A stretch of DNA of 45,625 nt, from assembly GCA_027492775.1 (NCBI GenBank), contig JAPUEC010000189.1, forward strand, positions 1 through 45,625. Direction: 5' to 3'. Below, one piece after another: positions 44,761-45,625 of this stretch. The translations under genes and the position numbers were made by a program. Within the stretch, counting starts at the first letter, position 1; the number at the start of each line of letters is the position of its first letter. The DNA comes from Rhodocyclaceae bacterium (lineage in GTDB: Bacteria; Pseudomonadota; Gammaproteobacteria; Burkholderiales; Rhodocyclaceae). The notes beneath the pieces are model-generated. The model did not search any database. It was not told the DNA's origin and was given only the letters and a program-made list of their open reading frames with translations.

Positions 44761-45625
44761 ATGAACGCCAACGAAAAATTTGTCGCTGCCCAGGCCCACG
44801 TGGACACTGCGGCGGTGCAACCCTTCCCCCAATCGCGCAAGATCTATGTCGAGGGCTCGCGCCCCGATATTCGTGTTCCCATGCGGGAGATCAGTCAGGC
44901 GGACACGGCTACCGCCTTTGGCGGCGAGCAGAATCCGCCGATCACGGTCTATGACTGCTCCGGCCCCTACACCGACCCGTCCGCGCAGATCGACATCCGC
45001 AAGGGTTTGCCGGCACTGCGCGCCGGCTGGATCGCCGAGCGCAACGACACCGAGGAACTGCCCGGCCTTTCCTCCGACTACGGCCGCGCCCGCGAGACCG
45101 ACGGCGAACTCGTCGGCATGCGCTTCGAACTGGGGCGCAAGCCGCGCCGCGCCAAGCCTGGAATGAACGTCACCCAGATGCATTACGCCAGGAAGGGCAT
45201 CGTCACGCCGGAAATGGAATACGTCGCCATCCGCGAGAACCTGCGCCGCCGCGAATATCTGGAAGCGATGCGCCAGAGCGGGCCGCAGGGCGAGAAAATG
45301 GCGAAGTTGATGGGTCGCCAGCATGCCGGCCAGAACTTCGGCGCCAGCATTCCCGAGGAAATCACGCCGGAATTCGTCCGTGACGAAATCGCCCGTGGCC
45401 GCGCCATCATCCCCAACAACATCAATCACCCTGAATCGGAGCCGATGATCATCGGCCGCAATTTCCTGACCAAGATCAACTGCAACATCGGCAATTCGCC
45501 AGTGGTTTCCTCGATTCAAGAGGAAGTCGACAAGATGACCTGGGCCATCCGCTGGGGCGGCGACACGGTCATGGACCTGTCCACCGGCAAGAACATCCAC
45601 GAAACGCGCGAGTGGATCATCCGCA
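44761..45625 (+). CDS. thiC: Phosphomethylpyrimidine synthase, 5' part (runs off the window)
   Basis: AAGGAG lies 5 nt upstream of the ATG at 44761. The protein starts [46 protein letters not shown] and the visible part ends ...[17 protein letters not shown]. It has no stop in the window, so it is absent from the ORF track. Confidence 0.9.
   Translation, partial: MNANEKFVAAQAHVDTAAVQPFPQSRKIYVEGSRPDIRVPMREISQADTATAFGGEQNPPITVYDCSGPYTDPSAQIDIRKGLPALRAGWIAERNDTEELPGLSSDYGRARETDGELVGMRFELGRKPRRAKPGMNVTQMHYARKGIVTPEMEYVAIRENLRRREYLEAMRQSGPQGEKMAKLMGRQHAGQNFGASIPEEITPEFVRDEIARGRAIIPNNINHPESEPMIIGRNFLTKINCNIGNSPVVSSIQEEVDKMTWAIRWGGDTVMDLSTGKNIHETREWIIR

Noticed and set aside
1-45625. Mobile-element or genomic-island boundaries around the Tad/TPS block (integrase, transposase, tRNA, direct repeats)
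   Set aside because: None of these is recognisable in any frame within the window. The left boundary of the block also lies outside the window.

Overview
GC-rich proteobacterial chromosomal segment. The housekeeping synteny (aroQ-accB-accC-prmA, waaC-waaA, pcm-rhodanese-tolC, rpoH, mpl, TPP riboswitch-thiC) suggests a betaproteobacterium, but that is inference only. The right half (about 25.5-45.6 kb) is ordinary core genome. The left half is accessory-looking. Positions 1-18901 hold 18 genes, all on the minus strand, with tiny gaps or overlapping start/stop codons. In transcription order they are: Flp pilin, TadG-like, TadE-like, an unknown exported protein, a mini-pilin, CpaB, CpaC secretin, FHA-fused CpaF ATPase, TadB, TadC, DUF192, TPR lipoprotein, a second TadE-like, DUF805, two standalone cNMP-binding-like proteins, a ShlB-type TpsB, and a TpsA exoprotein of at least 1480 aa that runs off the window. 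No TadZ/CpaE and no prepilin peptidase gene is present. A Sel1-repeat gene on the opposite strand separates this block from a second minus-strand block further upstream (20112-25214). That block encodes a Cache/HAMP class III nucleotide cyclase, an orphan amino-acid-type periplasmic binding protein, a DAACS-family symporter and an Asp/Glu racemase. No tRNA, rRNA, CRISPR array, transposase or integrase was seen. Many long ORFs in the supplied track are antisense shadows of real genes, or upstream extensions beyond the likely start codons. Starts were re-set where a signal peptide, a ribosome-binding site or a start/stop overlap supports it. All family calls rest on motif recognition by eye; no database search was possible.
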